Shown: positions 12,271-28,455 of the stretch, in pieces | How positions within the stretch are numbered: the first letter of the stretch is position 1 | How the letters are laid out: every line of letters starts with the position of its first letter | From: Chrysomallon squamiferum | Lineage: Eukaryota > Animalia > Mollusca | Direction: 5' to 3' | Length of the DNA stretch: 64,000 nucleotides | Assembly (NCBI GenBank): GCA_012295275.1 | Contig: CM022679.1 | Span: 2,542,001-2,606,000 of the forward strand | The notes under the pieces: model-generated | Told to the model about the DNA's origin: nothing | Seen by the model: the letters and a program-made list of their open reading frames with translations, nothing else | Database searches by the model: none | Made by a program: the position numbers and the translations under genes

Positions 12271-15200
12271 AGTATTACATCATTATTTTTTTTATTATTA
12301 TTATTATTATTATTAAAAGTATTATTATTAAGTATTTTATTTTTAATTCAATTTTCTGAATATTAAAATGGTTACATACTGGAATCTAATAGTATTTTAA
12401 AAATATTACACATTATCATATAGTCATTAATATAAAATATTTTAATTTGTTTGTTTTTTTATAACGAAACTTGAGAAGAAAAACCAGCTCCAACACAACA
12501 TACATTTTCCAGATTTCAGGAAAGAATCTGTTATTCACATCCTCACATTAATATAAAAATCTATAGTTGAGTCGTTTATAATTGATTTGGATGTGTATTA
12601 CTACTGTTTGAGTGGTGAATGGCCCTTGTAGTTATACCAAAGAGGAATGACCTTCAGTCTTTGGTTTCTTAGACAACATGTAACACTGACATTTGACAGT
12701 AGTGTAGTTCAGTGATCTAGTGGTTAGAGTACAGCGTGAGGTCAGATAGATAATAGGATCAGGTCTCACAAATGACCTGTTGGGCTGTTTCTAAACAAGT
12801 CAGTGCCCCACAGTAGTTTACCAAAGGCCATAATATGTATACTCTCCTGTCGTGTTAACTGAAGAAAAAACCACCAACATAGCCTTAGTTAGTGCCTATG
12901 AGAGGGAATCCAGCCAATATTTTGTTCTGGGGTCCAAGAGCTACAAAGGGCCCCCAGGCAACCATTTAACATCCATCCCCCTCAAGAACAAGCACTTTCC
13001 ACTACCCTCAGTCCAACATACACTTACATTCACACACACTAACATTCTATACTTAACATACAACACTTACATCTTTTTATTAGTATTTTGAGAAAAATCT
13101 TTGCCTGCTTCAGGACCTCAAATAGGTCTTGTATTGCCTTGCAAAATTTGTCTTGGAGGCCCTGGCTTTAGTACAGGTGATTGCATCTCATTATATTATA
13201 CTATCATCTCAGTGAGAAGGTGCATACAAAAGTTCCTTTACTGCTAACTGAAAAAAACAACTTCAAAAACCCCACCAAAACAAACAACTGCAAAATCTAC
13301 AGCAAAATAGTCTTGGTATAACTGATTTCATCTCCACATCAGTATAGTATATTATAATCTGCTGTCTGTGAGAAGGTGCTTACAAAAGATTCTTTACTGC
13401 TAACTGGAAATATAACACACAAAAACAGAGCCTTAGCACAGCTGATTTTATCTCACTTTCAGTAAAGTCCTTAATCATATGTGTGAGATTATAAAATTCA
13501 GTTCAAGTGGAATCTAGTGTCTTGAGTATCTCACAAAAAAAAAAAATTCTTTCTTCTTTTTATCAAGATGTAACTGAACTGTCTAACACCTGCTGAAACC
13601 ATGTTTTATAATTACAGTTTTTTTGCTTGAGTTTAACCAGTGTCTAAATAAACAAGAGAACTGTGTACACATTATATCAACAAAACAGCTGTTTGTGTGA
13701 CCAGAGGCTTATCTATCACCTTGTTAACACATAGGTGTTCTGCTCATTACAGCTTGTATACAGGTAAATGCTTGAGTTATAACTGTTATGTCTTTCTTTC
13801 TCAGGGTACAGGAGTCTGATGGAAATTTCTTTGAGAGTTTCACTGCATTGGCATGGCGACAGGAGAACAAAAGACTCCGATTGGCCAGCATGGTAAGTTA
13901 GTTACTAATTTATTTACTTTTCTGAAAATAATCAAAATCATTTGTCATCCACCATTTTGGAAGTTAAGGACAATTTTTAGAATTTCTTTAGCATGTTGTC
14001 TAAATTAGAAATTAAAAATAGATTTTACAATAATAAATAAACTCATAAGGCAATATGAAGATTAACTTTGTTGTTGTTGTTGTTGATGTTATTTCATAGA
14101 AAGAATTATAGAAAGAAATAATGATGAGTAAAAATCTGTATTAAACTGTCATATCACTGATTTTTATAGACATTTCTATTTCTGTTTGTTAATGTCAGGA
14201 TAACACTGAAAAATTTATCTAATGTTAATATTTTATTGTCAAACTTTATGATTAGTAAAGGCTGGTTTGAGAAATACATAAAACAACTTGGATGTATTGA
14301 AAAATATATGTCATACAAAATGAGCACATTAAATTTCATTATTATATACATGGATGTCTCAGAACTGAAAAAAAAAACAAGTCTAAAAAATAAAATAATA
14401 AAATAAAATAAAAAACAATGTAAAAAAAATTTGAGAAATTCCTTTCAAGCTCTCTGAACATGTCTACAAAACCGAAGAAAGGAAATTATTACTTGTATTC
14501 TAAGTGTTAATTTTGTGTTGTCAATATTTTAAATCTAATCTAAAATGTCAACATCAATACACAACTAATGGCTACTTCTTTCTCAGCTGTTGACATGAAC
14601 CAGTTGACACTGACATCTTTCAATTTTCTTTAATTTGGTGATGAAGAATTTCCACTTTGGTTTGTTGTGAGAAAACACTGACTAACATTCATAACAAAAA
14701 AATTAAATACTTTTTTTCTTCCCCTTTATTTAATAAACTACAAGAACAGTTCAGTCAGTTTGTTACAAATGACTGTAAGTCTACAATTCCTGACTGTCTT
14801 TTATCTTATTTAGCATAAAAAGGTTTCTTAAAAAACAAAAGTCTCTATTGTTCAGCATAACTGAAAACAAATCTGATAAACACTATGAGATCAGTTCATT
14901 TGATTTCCTACAAATAGCCATGAATGTCTTACATTTTACAATTTCTGATAAAAGTCTTTAGTTTATTGAACTGTCTGTCTTATTTAAAACAAAATCTTTT
15001 GTTAATACAAAATTCTCTAAATTCAGCGTAACTGAAAACCAGAGAATTCTTCATTTTATATCCTTCAAATAGCTGTGAATGTCAAACAGAATAATTTCTG
15101 ACAAAGTCTTTAGAAAAAAAAAATTAAATTAAAAAAAAAAGAATTACTATGTCTTTTGTTAAGACAAAAGTCTGTTTTGTTTTGCATAACTAACAAAATC

Positions 15201-16305
15201 ATGAGATCAGATAATTTTGTTTACTTTAATCTGCTACAAATGTTCATTTGATTTCCTACAAATAACTGCAAATGTCATACAGTAAAATAGATAAAAATTT
15301 TTTTTTTTTCTTTTTTCATATCTGTATAATTTTGTTAAGACAAAAATCGGTTTTGTTTAGCCTAAATTAAAACATATCTGGCAATACCAGTGAGACCAGT
15401 TCATTTCGTTTCCAATAATCAGCTGTAGATGTGAAATATTTAGTTAATATTTTCATAATGATGTCACTACAAGGATTAAAATGTTTTATCTTCAGTTACT
15501 GGGTGTGTAGATAAATCTACTATCAAATCTCCAGAGAACAGTGTTCCAGTTAGCAATAACTAATATCTTATATTTACCATACCACAGACTGGAACATGTA
15601 CACTATGATATTTGAAGCAAGCATGAGACATTGGTTGGAATGGAATAATTTTTGTTCACTGAATAAAAAGAAATGTTTTGTTTATTAGTGCACACACAGA
15701 AATATTATAATTATTAGTACTACTACCACCACCACTACTAATAGTGCTACTGCCATTACTATCAATATTTCTATTATTTATCACAGATTCAAGAAACTAA
15801 TCATAATCTTAATTGATTTTCAATAAAAATGATTTCACTTCAGTAATTTAATATTGTTTTAAAGCATTATTTTCTCAAGGGAGTTTTTTTTTTTATTAAT
15901 GAAATAAAAAATTTAAAAAAAATTAAATTAAATATCTGTTCTTAGAGAAAATTTGGTAAAAAGAAAGTATATTAATTTTCAAGGTTAAAAAAAAATTTGA
16001 ATGTCATTTGTTAAAAAAGAAATATTGTGATCTGTTTTAAGGCCAGTCATACAGAGAGTTTAGATTTGTTTTAATCAAATGCAGAAATATAATATTAAAA
16101 ATGTTGGATTATGTTGCTGGTTTTGTAAAATTGGACCTTAAAAGCAGAATTTTACAATTCCAGTTTTCATTTTGTCTTTTGTAAAGAAGATAAATTTGGG
16201 TTAAAATAAAATATTTGTTCATAAACAAAATTCATTGACTTATCCCATTAATTTTTTTTTATTAAAAAAAATATGGAGTTAATAACAGTTATCTTTTTTT
16301 CTTCT

Positions 16306-16341
<36 letters not shown>

Positions 16342-19300
16342 TGTAATGTTCATCAGTATTTTCTATGAATTTTCCTGTTTGGATATTTTCTGAATGTTAC
16401 AATCACAATCCCTGACTGATAATTTGTGCAGTAGACATGCATGAGGAATTTTCACATTCGGAAGAACTGACTAGGGACTGGTGCTTACGGAGCAATGACA
16501 TTTTAACAACCTGTCCACTGGGTCCAGCACAGCATAGAAATGACAATGAGAGAACATGAACGAGTTATCATTGATATTAAACATTCACTGGAAACATCCT
16601 TAGACTTGCTTTCAGTGACATTGAAGTAAATTATCATTGATATTAAACATTCACTGGAAACATCCTTAGACTTGCTTTCAGTGACATTGAAGTAAATTAT
16701 CATTGATATTAAACTTTCATTGGAAACATCCTTATACTTGCTTTCAGTGACATTGAAGTAAATTATCATTGATATTAAACATTCATTGGAAACATCCTTA
16801 GACTTGCTTTCAGTGACATTGAAGTAAATTATCATTGATATTAAACTTTCATTGGAAATATTCTTAGACTTGCTTTCAGTGATATTGAAGTAAAGTTGAC
16901 ATATATGACCCACACAAACTGAAAGTGTGTGACTTTCTCCAGTTATAATTGCTCGCCTTGTTGTTATAAAGATGGTGTTAGTAGTAGTCCATTAGTGAGA
17001 TGTTTGAAATTACACACATCTGAAAGTACTAATTAATGTCTGAGTAGAACTGATTAGTGTTAATATTGTAGGTCAGTATCAGTGTGTAAGAGAAACAGTG
17101 TAAATGGATATACAATAGTAAGTAATTACATTGTAATAAAGGCTGATCATCATTTGTGCTTCTAAATGTAAAATAAAGTTCAGTGTGTATTTGTATAATT
17201 ATATCTCAGAATGGTTTGTGTTAACAACAATATTTCATTTTTGTTTTATTTATTTATTTTATTTTATTTTATTTTATTTTATTTTATTTTATTTATTTGT
17301 TGTAATAATGAAAAAAATATATAGACTTTCTGCTCCCGTTCCAAGAACTGCATTTTCAGTTTATTTTAACAGTATATATCTTTTATATCTTTTCTTCCAC
17401 ACTTAAGAAAACAGTTGGCTTTTTGTGGGAAACCTCTGACAAGAACAGGTAACTCTAAATGATCACCAGGAACTTGACCTGTCATTATTAAATCTTAAGT
17501 GCACTTTTGCCATTAAATCAAGATTAGAACCTTCAAAAACAGAACAGATAAACTTTATAATTTTTTTTTTTTTTTTTTTTGAAGGACAACAGGTGGCTAT
17601 TGATAAATAGAAATATGGCTGCCAGTGTTTGGTAACTTTTAATTCTCAAAATATTACTGTAAGATGATTACCAAAAATAATTTGAGAAATAGCATAATTA
17701 AAAATAATGATAACAACAATAATATTAATAATGAGAAGAAGAGAAGGTGAAGAAACTAAAAGTTTTCAAACCAAACATGCTCCAGTTTTTAACTTAAAAC
17801 TAGATTTAACACTAATAATGAAAAACAAGTTGTTGTTTATTAATTTCCTTTTTTTTTTTTCTTATTTTTTTTACACAAGAAAGTTTGTTAATTTTATTGA
17901 TAAATTTAATTCTGCCAAACTGTCATGGCAGTTTGCCATGCTTGGCAGCAGAACTGCCTACTCACAATTGAGATTGATGATGATGATAGCAGTAGTTGTT
18001 CAATGGAAGGATGTAGATGAATGATAAACAACATATTTCAGTTGACGTGAATGATACATCTGTTATTACAGATTGATAAAGAAAGTTTACATTACATGAC
18101 CAATCAAATTAAAACACATAGTCAGTGAAAATTATTGGTTTTAGCAGATGATCTTGTCTGGGTCATTACATAATGTGTTATGTTTGGTCTTCCATCAATG
18201 ATTAAACTGAGGTATTATATCTCTGATAAAGCCATTAATATAGCAGACACACTGAAATAATGTTTTATAATGTTTGACATACTGTTTGATTAATTTATAT
18301 TGTTTAAATTAATGTTCGTCACATGGTTTTTCATAATGCAGACTTTTGCAGTGATTTTCTTTCTGTGCAAGCAGGATTGGGGGAAAGAGCTAATTTTTTT
18401 ATCTTTAAGGGAAATGTTTTTTTTAAAAGAATTCAGAAATAGATAAAATATTCAATACTTGAACAGCCATTAGGTTAGGAAAAAAAACAGAAAATTTTGT
18501 TTGTTTTGTTATCATTTGGTACCAGCTGAAGCCATTTTTTTATGTTAGTTCTTTTGGGAAATAATTTTAATAGAATTCTTAGTAAATTTAATTTAAAAAA
18601 AAAAAAAATTAAATTATTTTTGTTAATAGAAGTGACATATAAAAGTGAGTTAACCTTGTTTTTGTTTTGTTTCATGATGAAAATCTGAATTTTCAAAGTA
18701 CTGTTTAACATGGACATTTTTATTTCTTTCATTATTATTACTTTATTTTTGTATAGTTTGTGGATGAAAGTTTTAATTTTCAAACTGTCAGTTTATATTG
18801 CAGTTTTATACATGTACGTATATCACATTCCATCTTCGATCTTTGAAAATCGAACATCAAAGTCTTACAAGCAGTTCATTTCTTTCATGTTAAGGGAAAC
18901 GTTGTTTTTAGTATTATTATTTTTCACTTTATAGTTTTTGATCTGATTACCCTCTGTCTTGTGTTCATTACAAGAAAACAGCTTCTATTGTCCTTGTTCT
19001 GTGCTACAGCTTTATTGTGTTCGATGATGACTGATACTTATTCTCTAACTATGGCATTGGTAATGTGATAAGCTCAAAGAACCGACTTCTAGTATGAATG
19101 ACCTATTGTTGATGTGGCAAATTATTCCAGCATAAGCTGAAATTGCCAGGATTTGTAGCAATTTTACTGTCGCCTGGTGAAACAGTTTTCCCCTGAGAAT
19201 GTTAGTGTTCATTAACGTATTGGTGTAAGAAGCCTAGGGCCAGTTTTATGCAGATAGAATTTCTTATGTCATCTAGATCACCAGCCAGAAATAACATCAC

Positions 19301-20203
19301 TAGACAATTTATTAAAATAAACTCTACTTTCTAAAGAATATAGTGAAATGTTTGCTAAAAATGAACTCTACTTTCTAATGAATCGAGGTGAATTACTCAA
19401 ATGAATTGCACTTTCTGATGAATTGTTGTCTAATGGAATGTTATTAAAATAAAATTTACTTTCTAAGTAGATAATCAAGCGAAATCGTTACTGAAATAAA
19501 ATCTGTTTTCTAAAACGATAATCTAATCAAATGTTTTCTAAATTAAAACCTATTTTCTAAAGAATCTAGTTAAATGTTTACTAAAATAAACTCTGCTTTC
19601 TGAAGAATCTACTGAAGTGTTTACTAAACAGTCTAAACAGTCTAGTGAAAACATTTCTAAAGTCTGTTGAAATCATACTTTAATATACTCTACTGTTCAA
19701 AGAATCTAGTGAAATGTTTAATAAAATAAAACCCACTTTCTAGACAATCTAGTGAAATAATTCATAAAATAAAACCACTTTCAACAAAAACTAAACTACA
19801 GATTAAAATGTGTCACAGTGATAAAATAAAATAAAATAAGATAAAGGAATCCTATTTATTAGAAGTTTATTTATTTTTTTTACTTCTGTACAGTTCTAAA
19901 CTTCATTGCCCCAACTTGTTACTTACTAACCTTTTCTGTCCTTTGTATAAAATATTATAAACAGTATCACAAACAAAATAGAAATAAATATTTTCATTTT
20001 TTGATTTTGATTTCTTTTTTTTTCAGGATGACAAGAACACGGAAAGGCCGACTCCCTCTGAACTGCAGTTTGCTGCTAAACCGAAAACCCACCAGCTGAG
20101 TAAAAAAGAGGTAATTTATATAATTACCACTTCAAACATTTCTAATGGGTTCCGCAAATCACAACAAAAGAATTGTTTTTTGAATCAGGAGACATTTTTT
20201 ATT

Positions 20204-20234
<31 letters not shown>

Positions 20235-23200
20235 GAAATCCTAATCAGTGGATTTGTTTTTCCTCTCTTTATTGTTTTTATTGTTTGACTGATGTGAGAT
20301 TACAGTTCAGATAAAGTTCAAATTAAATGAAATTCTGTTTATTTCTTGCAAACAGAATTTGAAAGAGGTCAGTACCACAGTGCCAGTTGAATACAAATTG
20401 TTGTTTTTAATATTAAACCTCTTGAGATTTGCCAACATGCACAGCTGAATACCACAGAACAGATCATTCTAAATGCCAAAACATAAAGCTGAATGCAAAA
20501 GAGTAAATAATTCAAACTGTCAAAATATAAAGCTGAATATACTATAGAATAATTTTAAGTACCAATATATAGAACTGAAATAACACAGAATACTTGTAAA
20601 TGACAAAATATAAAGTTGAATGCCACAGAATAAACCATTGTAAATGCCAAGATGTAAATCTAAATGCCACAAACAGATTATTTTAAATGTCTAAATGTAA
20701 AGTTTAATACCACAGACCATATTTAAAGAAGATGGAGTGGTATTGAGGATTTCAGCTCAATTTTTCTTTTTTTTTACCATATAAACGTGTTTGTCACAAA
20801 GCTGAACCATTAATCTAAGCATGGAACTAACACAGCTTTCAGATGAAAAGATTACATAATTCAGTTCAGTGCTCAGAGAAAAACCCAAGTACATGAATAC
20901 ATATAGTTCCTGGCAGCAAAACAAAATTATTATTATAATATTATTTAGTAATTTAACATAACTGTAGTAAGTTAGTAATTTTTGACATGCTATTAACTGT
21001 CTTAGGTAAGAAAAACCTGTTATATTATTTGATTATATATTTTGGATTGGAAAACCATGGAGTGGATCCATGATTTATAGTAACTTTACATGTAACCACT
21101 GTGAGAAACAAATTTCTAAGTGAAGTATTTCTGTCATTTAATTTACGTAAATGGTTCTTTCTCAGGAATTCGTTAAAATGTAGCCACTCATTTGTAGGGA
21201 ATGCTGAATATTGAAATACTTAATTCCATGAGAGTTCAAAAACAGATGATCTATAGGTCTTCACTGATATCTGTTAAAAAAAATCAACAAAAACCCTCAC
21301 AACCCCTCCCCCCCAAAAACCCCACCTTTATCTTAAATGATGCCTTAGCTTAATATGGAATTGAATTAAGAAATTAGAACACACACATAAAACACACACA
21401 CTTATGTATATATTAAACTTTGTTGACCAACAACTGACTAGTTGTTTAACTGAAGTCTGAATTTTCTACATCTGTATTCTAAGTAAACTACTGATCTAAG
21501 GCTAAATGAAAATATCTGGGGATGAATGAAACTAAAGGGGGAGTAAAAGAAGGAATGAAATTTTGTGATAAAGACTTGAGAGTCCTTGAAAAATAATTAA
21601 AGAATTTTTTTTGCTTTTAAACAAAGTGCAAAGCACTGTAACACAATTTTATATAAACAAAACACACACAAGAAAATAAATATTCAATATTTTGACAACA
21701 TTTCCATTTTAAACTTCCATTTCCTCAGAGGAAAAAAAACTTAAACTTTTACAAATATTCCTTAAATGGCTATTTTCAACATGTCTTTGGTAATAATTTA
21801 TTAAAGCAACATCACAAATCCATTATTTTGTCAAACCTCAGGAGAAATTGTTTTTTATTCCAAGACAAATTTACTTGAGCTCAGTGTGATGGACCTGATG
21901 GTCATCTGAATCCTTTTTGCTAGGACTACATTAATACTTAAATGAGATAACACATCAGACCAAGTGTGGGTTTTAACTCTTACAATGGACACCTGTAAAT
22001 TGATTTGCAGATGAGAGAAGCACATTATAACAGAAATGTGGTGATATAGTAAGATACTTAGGCAAATGCCTAAGGCTATGATTAAATGGAAGTTCTCTTC
22101 ATGAATTTTGAATTCCCAGACGGGATTGCCATGAATGGAGAGGGAAAATTAAGTAAAGGAAATATTTTACTTTCAAATAACATCAATAAGCACACATGTG
22201 TTTGCTAAGTGCATTGTTTTAACTAAGTTTTCATTTTTTTTATTTCCATTTGTTCTGTAATTTAAGAACTCCTGGAAACGTGTTTTTATTTTTGCATTTA
22301 TGTACATTATTGTCTGTCAGTGGTAACAGAGTGATATTTCTATAAATACAATTACTTGTTTCTAAATAATATTCAAATGGTTTAAAATTATTTCATATAT
22401 ATCACTTTTTTTATCACTGTATTATTTATTACCTATTTAAGTTGAATAAAGAAAATTATTTGATAATTATTTACTGGTATATTCTGTTTACCTTACTAAA
22501 TCCATTAAAGAATATATTTTCAAAACCAAATTATTATCAGTTACTGTCCATAAAAAAAAAAAAAAAAGAAAAAAAAAGAGGCTGTTGTATTAATTTCCCA
22601 TTCCAACTCACTGAATCATATTTTGACTGATTCATATTGACATGTGAAGAAAAGGGTATCTGATCTATGTGTTCCAAAGTTTCTTACTAACAGGTTACAG
22701 TACTCACACAAAGTGTATATTGTATGAAAGATGTTTTGTATCTTGCAGTTTGAACTGCTGTACATTGAAGTTCTGTACACAGTGAAACACAAGATTGGAA
22801 CAACGACCAGCAGCCATTCTCCTTTCATACAGGATCTCTACCAGTACGCACAGGAAGCGTTTGGTGTGAGCCCTGAAGACCACGCCCGACTCTTAGCCAA
22901 GGCCACAGAGGAAAAAGTATAAAATAAATATTTAAACTTTTATACTTAGTCTACATCTTACTGCTAGACAATACCTCACCTTGAAAAAAAAGTATTAGAT
23001 AAACATTTTAATTTTTATGTTATACTTGTAAGTAAAATACTGAGAAATGTAAAAATGAATATTAAAAACTAACAGTCAGGTGACTTTAACAACTATTTGT
23101 TTACTGGTGATTAATGTCAATTTTAATAATTTGTTTTAAATATTAATACAGATATTATAATAAATAATAAACAAATTGTGCTGGCATGTAGTAAATGGTA

Positions 23201-23276
23201 TATACACTGTTTAAGATTCTGAAAAATATTAAAAAAGACAAATCTTGTACAAATACTTAAATATTTATAAACACAT

Positions 23277-23317
<41 letters not shown>

Positions 23318-23662
23318 CACAATACTAAAACCATGTTTAATTTTTAACAATGTTTTATTTTAGCCTCCTATAGTGGTTCTCAATGTGACAGTTGTAGATG
23401 CGAAAGGTCTTCTAGCTAAAGATGCTGATGGTAAGTCTCAAACTTCATCCTGCTTTTCCTCTCATTTTCCCAAGTTTGTCTAGTACATCTGTCACTGAAA
23501 TTGTTTGATGTAGTAACATTACAGTTTTCTTGTTTGCAGTGATTTTAGCTGCTACTGGGGTTTGATCCTTTAAACTTTGAGTTTTAATATTTTATCAGCT
23601 TTATCAGAATGAAGAATCTAGATTCAGGTTATCTGAATATCAGTTATTTATTTTTTATTTTA

Positions 23663-23732
<70 letters not shown>

Positions 23733-24361
23733 TTATTTTATTTTATTTTTTTATCTTTACTTTAATTTACTTTACATTATTTACTATACAGGATTCAGTG
23801 ATCCCTATTGCATGCTGGGAATCATGCCTGGGAAGTCTCCAGATCTGGACCAGAATGCCATGTTTTCATCAGACGAGGAGTCAAACAAGAAGGACAGGGA
23901 CAAGAAAGACAAAGGACTGCGGAGACTTTCCACGAGTCTGCGCAGGTCAAAGAAAGACAAGAATTACGCAGTGAAGGAACTGCTGCCCGCCAGACTGATC
24001 AAAACTACAACAGTGAAGCCAAACACACTCAACCCAGACTGGAACGAAAAGTTCAGATTGTGAGTACTGCCTCAGAAATGTTTTAACAACACTAACAACA
24101 TGTTTACAGTCTGTGGTGATGTGCCTGTCAGTCTCATGCTATCCTTTTTTTAAATAGCAGAAAGATATTTTCTGTCTGAACCTTTCCATAGATGTGTCTG
24201 TGATTATTTCTTGTAAAGAAGAAAGAAGAAATGTTTTATTTAACACAGTCAACACATTCTCAATCTGTGCTGATATTTAATCATAAATGTGGCTAAGAAC
24301 TGTACAAACATTTAGAAAATAAATTTTATAATTTACAAGTTTTCTTAATTGTTTTGGTAAT

Positions 24362-24454
<93 letters not shown>

Positions 24455-27400
24455 TTTAATTTATTAAAAAAAAGACATAAAACATATAGCAATAAATATG
24501 ATTTTAAAAAATAACTTAACAAAATTATAATGTTTGTGAATTTCTGATTTTATTTTCAGTGACTTACAAGATGTGAATACAGATCATTTTCACCTGGATA
24601 TCTGGTGAGTTTTACATTTTACCTGATTCATTTTAATAATTAATAGTTAATTTAAAATTACTTAAAATTACAGTTATTGAATATATTATTTATTTATTTA
24701 TTTATTTAAAATTAATTTATACAATTTAATGGATAAAAAATTCATTTTGTTTTTACTGTTTTTTATTTCAACATATTACAGTTAATTCAGATTTTTATAT
24801 ATTAAGCAGAGAAATTCATAACTAACTTTTCAGAATAGCATTACAGTGTACTTTTACATTCTCTTATTTTATTTATAACTCCTGAGCAACCATTACTAAT
24901 AATAAAGTATGACAAAATGACAAGATTATAGCAAGGCTAATGTTTTTCTTTTTGAATTTCATCTTACATGTCATTTCGTATGCTGAAATGAAAACAAATC
25001 CTTTAGCCTGTGTTTTTAACTATTTATACATGCGTGCACTTTAAAATACACATTTCTTTGTTAATGTGATTTAATATTTAATGATTAGTCTACCAGATAA
25101 GTCAGTTCTGACCTACATTCAGCTGTATGGCTAATGGCATTGATTAAATTATTAATAGAGACAGATTTTTAATGTCTGCCTGACAAGATAAATAGTTTTA
25201 CTTATAACTGTTAAACAGTAATCATAGCAATACTAATACTAATACTAATAATAATAATTATTATTATTATTATTACTATTATAAAATATTACATTTACAG
25301 ATAGATGCAGAAAAACATGTGCATGCACACACACCTGCCTACTTGCCTTCATACATTCATACTGTTGAGGGAAAAAAATAATCTCAGTATTATTTTGCAT
25401 TAATTTTAACTCTTGTTTTTTTTGTTATTTTTTTGTTAACTTGACTAGAAAATATTGAAAACACTTGGAAGGTACTTCACAGCTTAACGGGAAAAGTAAA
25501 TGACAATCTCTGTAGAAAATTAAAATTTAACTGCCAAACTTAAAGTAAGAAACAATTATAAAAAAAAAATAATAATAATTTAAATAAAAAATATATATAA
25601 ATAAACAAAAAAAAGAATATATAAAAAGAAGCTTATATTATTTATCATGGGATTTTAATAATCCAGTATTTATTTATTCATTTATTTATATTCTTTTTAA
25701 ATTCTGTATTTTATCCAACTACGTTTCAGTGTAGTCTAACAGAGGGTTTCAATCTTTAGTGTGAAAGGAAATACAGAAAACACAACAGAATTAAAACTTA
25801 TCTATCATCATTTGTTTTTCTTCTTGCACAAAGAAACATTTTTTACAGATCCACTTTGCCGTAACAGGACAACACATACCGTAATGTTTGAAGAGATAAC
25901 TGTTGTTGTTGAATTAAAGTGTTTGATTTCAGGGATCATGATGATGAGTCGTCAGTGTTTGATGCTGCTAAGAAGCTGAATGAGGTGACAGGGTTTAAAG
26001 GACTGGGGCGTTTTTTTAAACAGATTGCACAGTCAGCTCGCTCCAAAAACGATGACAGCGTTGATGATTTTCTTGGTTGTGTCGACATCTCAATCGTGGT
26101 AAATTGACCTTTTTCTTTGTTTAAAGTAAATAAAGGAAGGAATGAAGGAAGGAATAAAATGCAGCTATTTAATCAATTATTCTGCAGTCACATGTAAAAA
26201 GGTCATAAATTATTAATAGTCACACTCTGTAGTTTTGATTTTTTACCATGGCGATAAGAAAATAAAAATCAACATTTGTTGACTTGATAGTAGTATGTGC
26301 AGCCTTCATAGTGACTATATGTAGACTTCTAAATCATGCAGATATATTAATTATCAACATATGTTAATTTCAAAATCAGTATATTTAACAGTGACTTTAA
26401 TTTTATTTATCCACATTAAACATTTAGATATTACTATTTTGAAAATGAGAAAAAAACTTTATTTACATCATAATTACACTAATTAATTAAATTTTAAAAA
26501 CTTTTTAACTGACCTGACTAACTCTGACCAGATCAAACTAATGAAATACAATGTTTGTAATGCTACAGGACATTCCGTCTGTGGGTATTGACCAGTACTA
26601 CACGCTGCAGGGCCGGTCATCTCGGTCAAACATTCAGGGGGAGATAAGACTGATACTGAATCTGGCCACACGAGAGGACCGTGGGATTCCCGAGGATGAC
26701 AACTGGACAGACATTCAACAGCACGTCGACCTCATGTCCATCTTCATAGAGTACGAACTGCGAATCTTTTCTGTAAGTGTTCACCATAACACATAACTGA
26801 ATACACCATTAATACCATAGCTGAATGTGTCACCTGATACAATAATACATAACTGACTGTATCATTAATCCCATACCTCATAGCTGAATGTTTCACCTCA
26901 TACAGTAATACATAACTGACTATATCATTAATACCATACAGCATAACTGAATATTTCACTAATGCCATACTAAATAAATTAATTTTTTTAAATATCATAT
27001 TGCATAACTCAGTATTTTACTTAATGACATACTGCATAACTGAATGTTTCACCTGATGCCGTAATACATAACCGAATATTTTACTCAGTACCAAACTATA
27101 TAATGGAATGTTTCATTAATGCTATACTATATAACCTAATATTTCACTAATGCCATACTATATAAGTGAATATTTGTATTGATATCATACTGCATAACAC
27201 AATATTTTACTTAATGCCATATTGCATAACACAATATTTTACTTAATACCATGCTGCATAAATAAATATTTCACTAATATAATATTACATAACTGAATAT
27301 ACACAAAAACCAAAATGTTCCTACAAATGGCAAACAGAATATTTAGTTTAAATTTATTAAAACACCAGAGTAGTTTCTGCAAATTTAAAAAAAAAAAATA

Positions 27401-28407
27401 ATAATAATAAAACAAATACATATAAAATAAATATCAAGCTAATAATGTTTAAATTCTTCAAAATAAAATAAATATTATTTAACTTCTTTTCAGAAAATTC
27501 ATCCAAAAGTGTAGTTTTTAAGCAGTATTTATTTCTATAACAGGTTACATCATTACAGAAAAACACTTCATCAAACCAAATGGAAAATAAGATGTAAAAA
27601 AAAAAAAAGTGATTGCTAAATAGATTTTTCATGTAACTGAATAAAAGGCTGTTGTTTTGTTTGAAGTTAGTGACACTATGCAGAATTCACTGTACTTGTT
27701 AAGTGAGACCAGACTTATTTCCATATTTAGAAAAACAATACAGATCAAAGCAGATCATTTTTTTTAAAACTGAGATTCCTTTTTGACTTAATCTTGTATG
27801 TAATTAAATAAACTTTTTTTTTTTTTTTTGATCATTTTTTTTGTTTCAAAACCTATTTCTTTTTTTTTTTTTTGTAAACTACACATTTTTTCTAAACAGT
27901 AAAATATTGTTGTTTATAACGGTAAAATACTGTTATTCCTAAAGTGTATGCATTTTTAAATAGTAAAATATATTTTTTGAACAGTAAAATATATTTATTT
28001 ATAAACAGTAAAATATTGTTATTTGTAAAAAGTAAATACTTTATTTATAACAAGTTAATATTGTTATTTTAAAACAGTTAAATTTTTGTTGTTTGTAAAC
28101 AGTTAAATGTTTTTATTTATAAACAGTAAAATATTATCTTTGAACAGTAATATTGCAGTTAGTAACTGTACATTGTTGTTTACTGTTTTCAGGATTCTTC
28201 CTACCTGTGGAACGGCATCCTGCCTCAAGTAGCTCTGACGATTCTACACCAACACGCCATACAGGGCGACATCACAGAGGAGCAACAGGCCGTCTGGTTT
28301 GTCCTTTTACACGTCTGCTTGTGTTAACAATACAAACATTGTGTTGTGTACTTGTAGAGAAAACTGTATACTTTAGACACAAAATCATGTTTGTGTGTGC
28401 ATGTGTC

Positions 28408-28455
<48 letters not shown>

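Noticed and set aside
16503-16913. 136-aa minus-strand ORF with 22-aa repeats; the array superficially resembles CRISPR
   Set aside because: It is the product of a 66-bp head-to-tail minisatellite with no unique spacers and no cas genes, in a eukaryotic intron.
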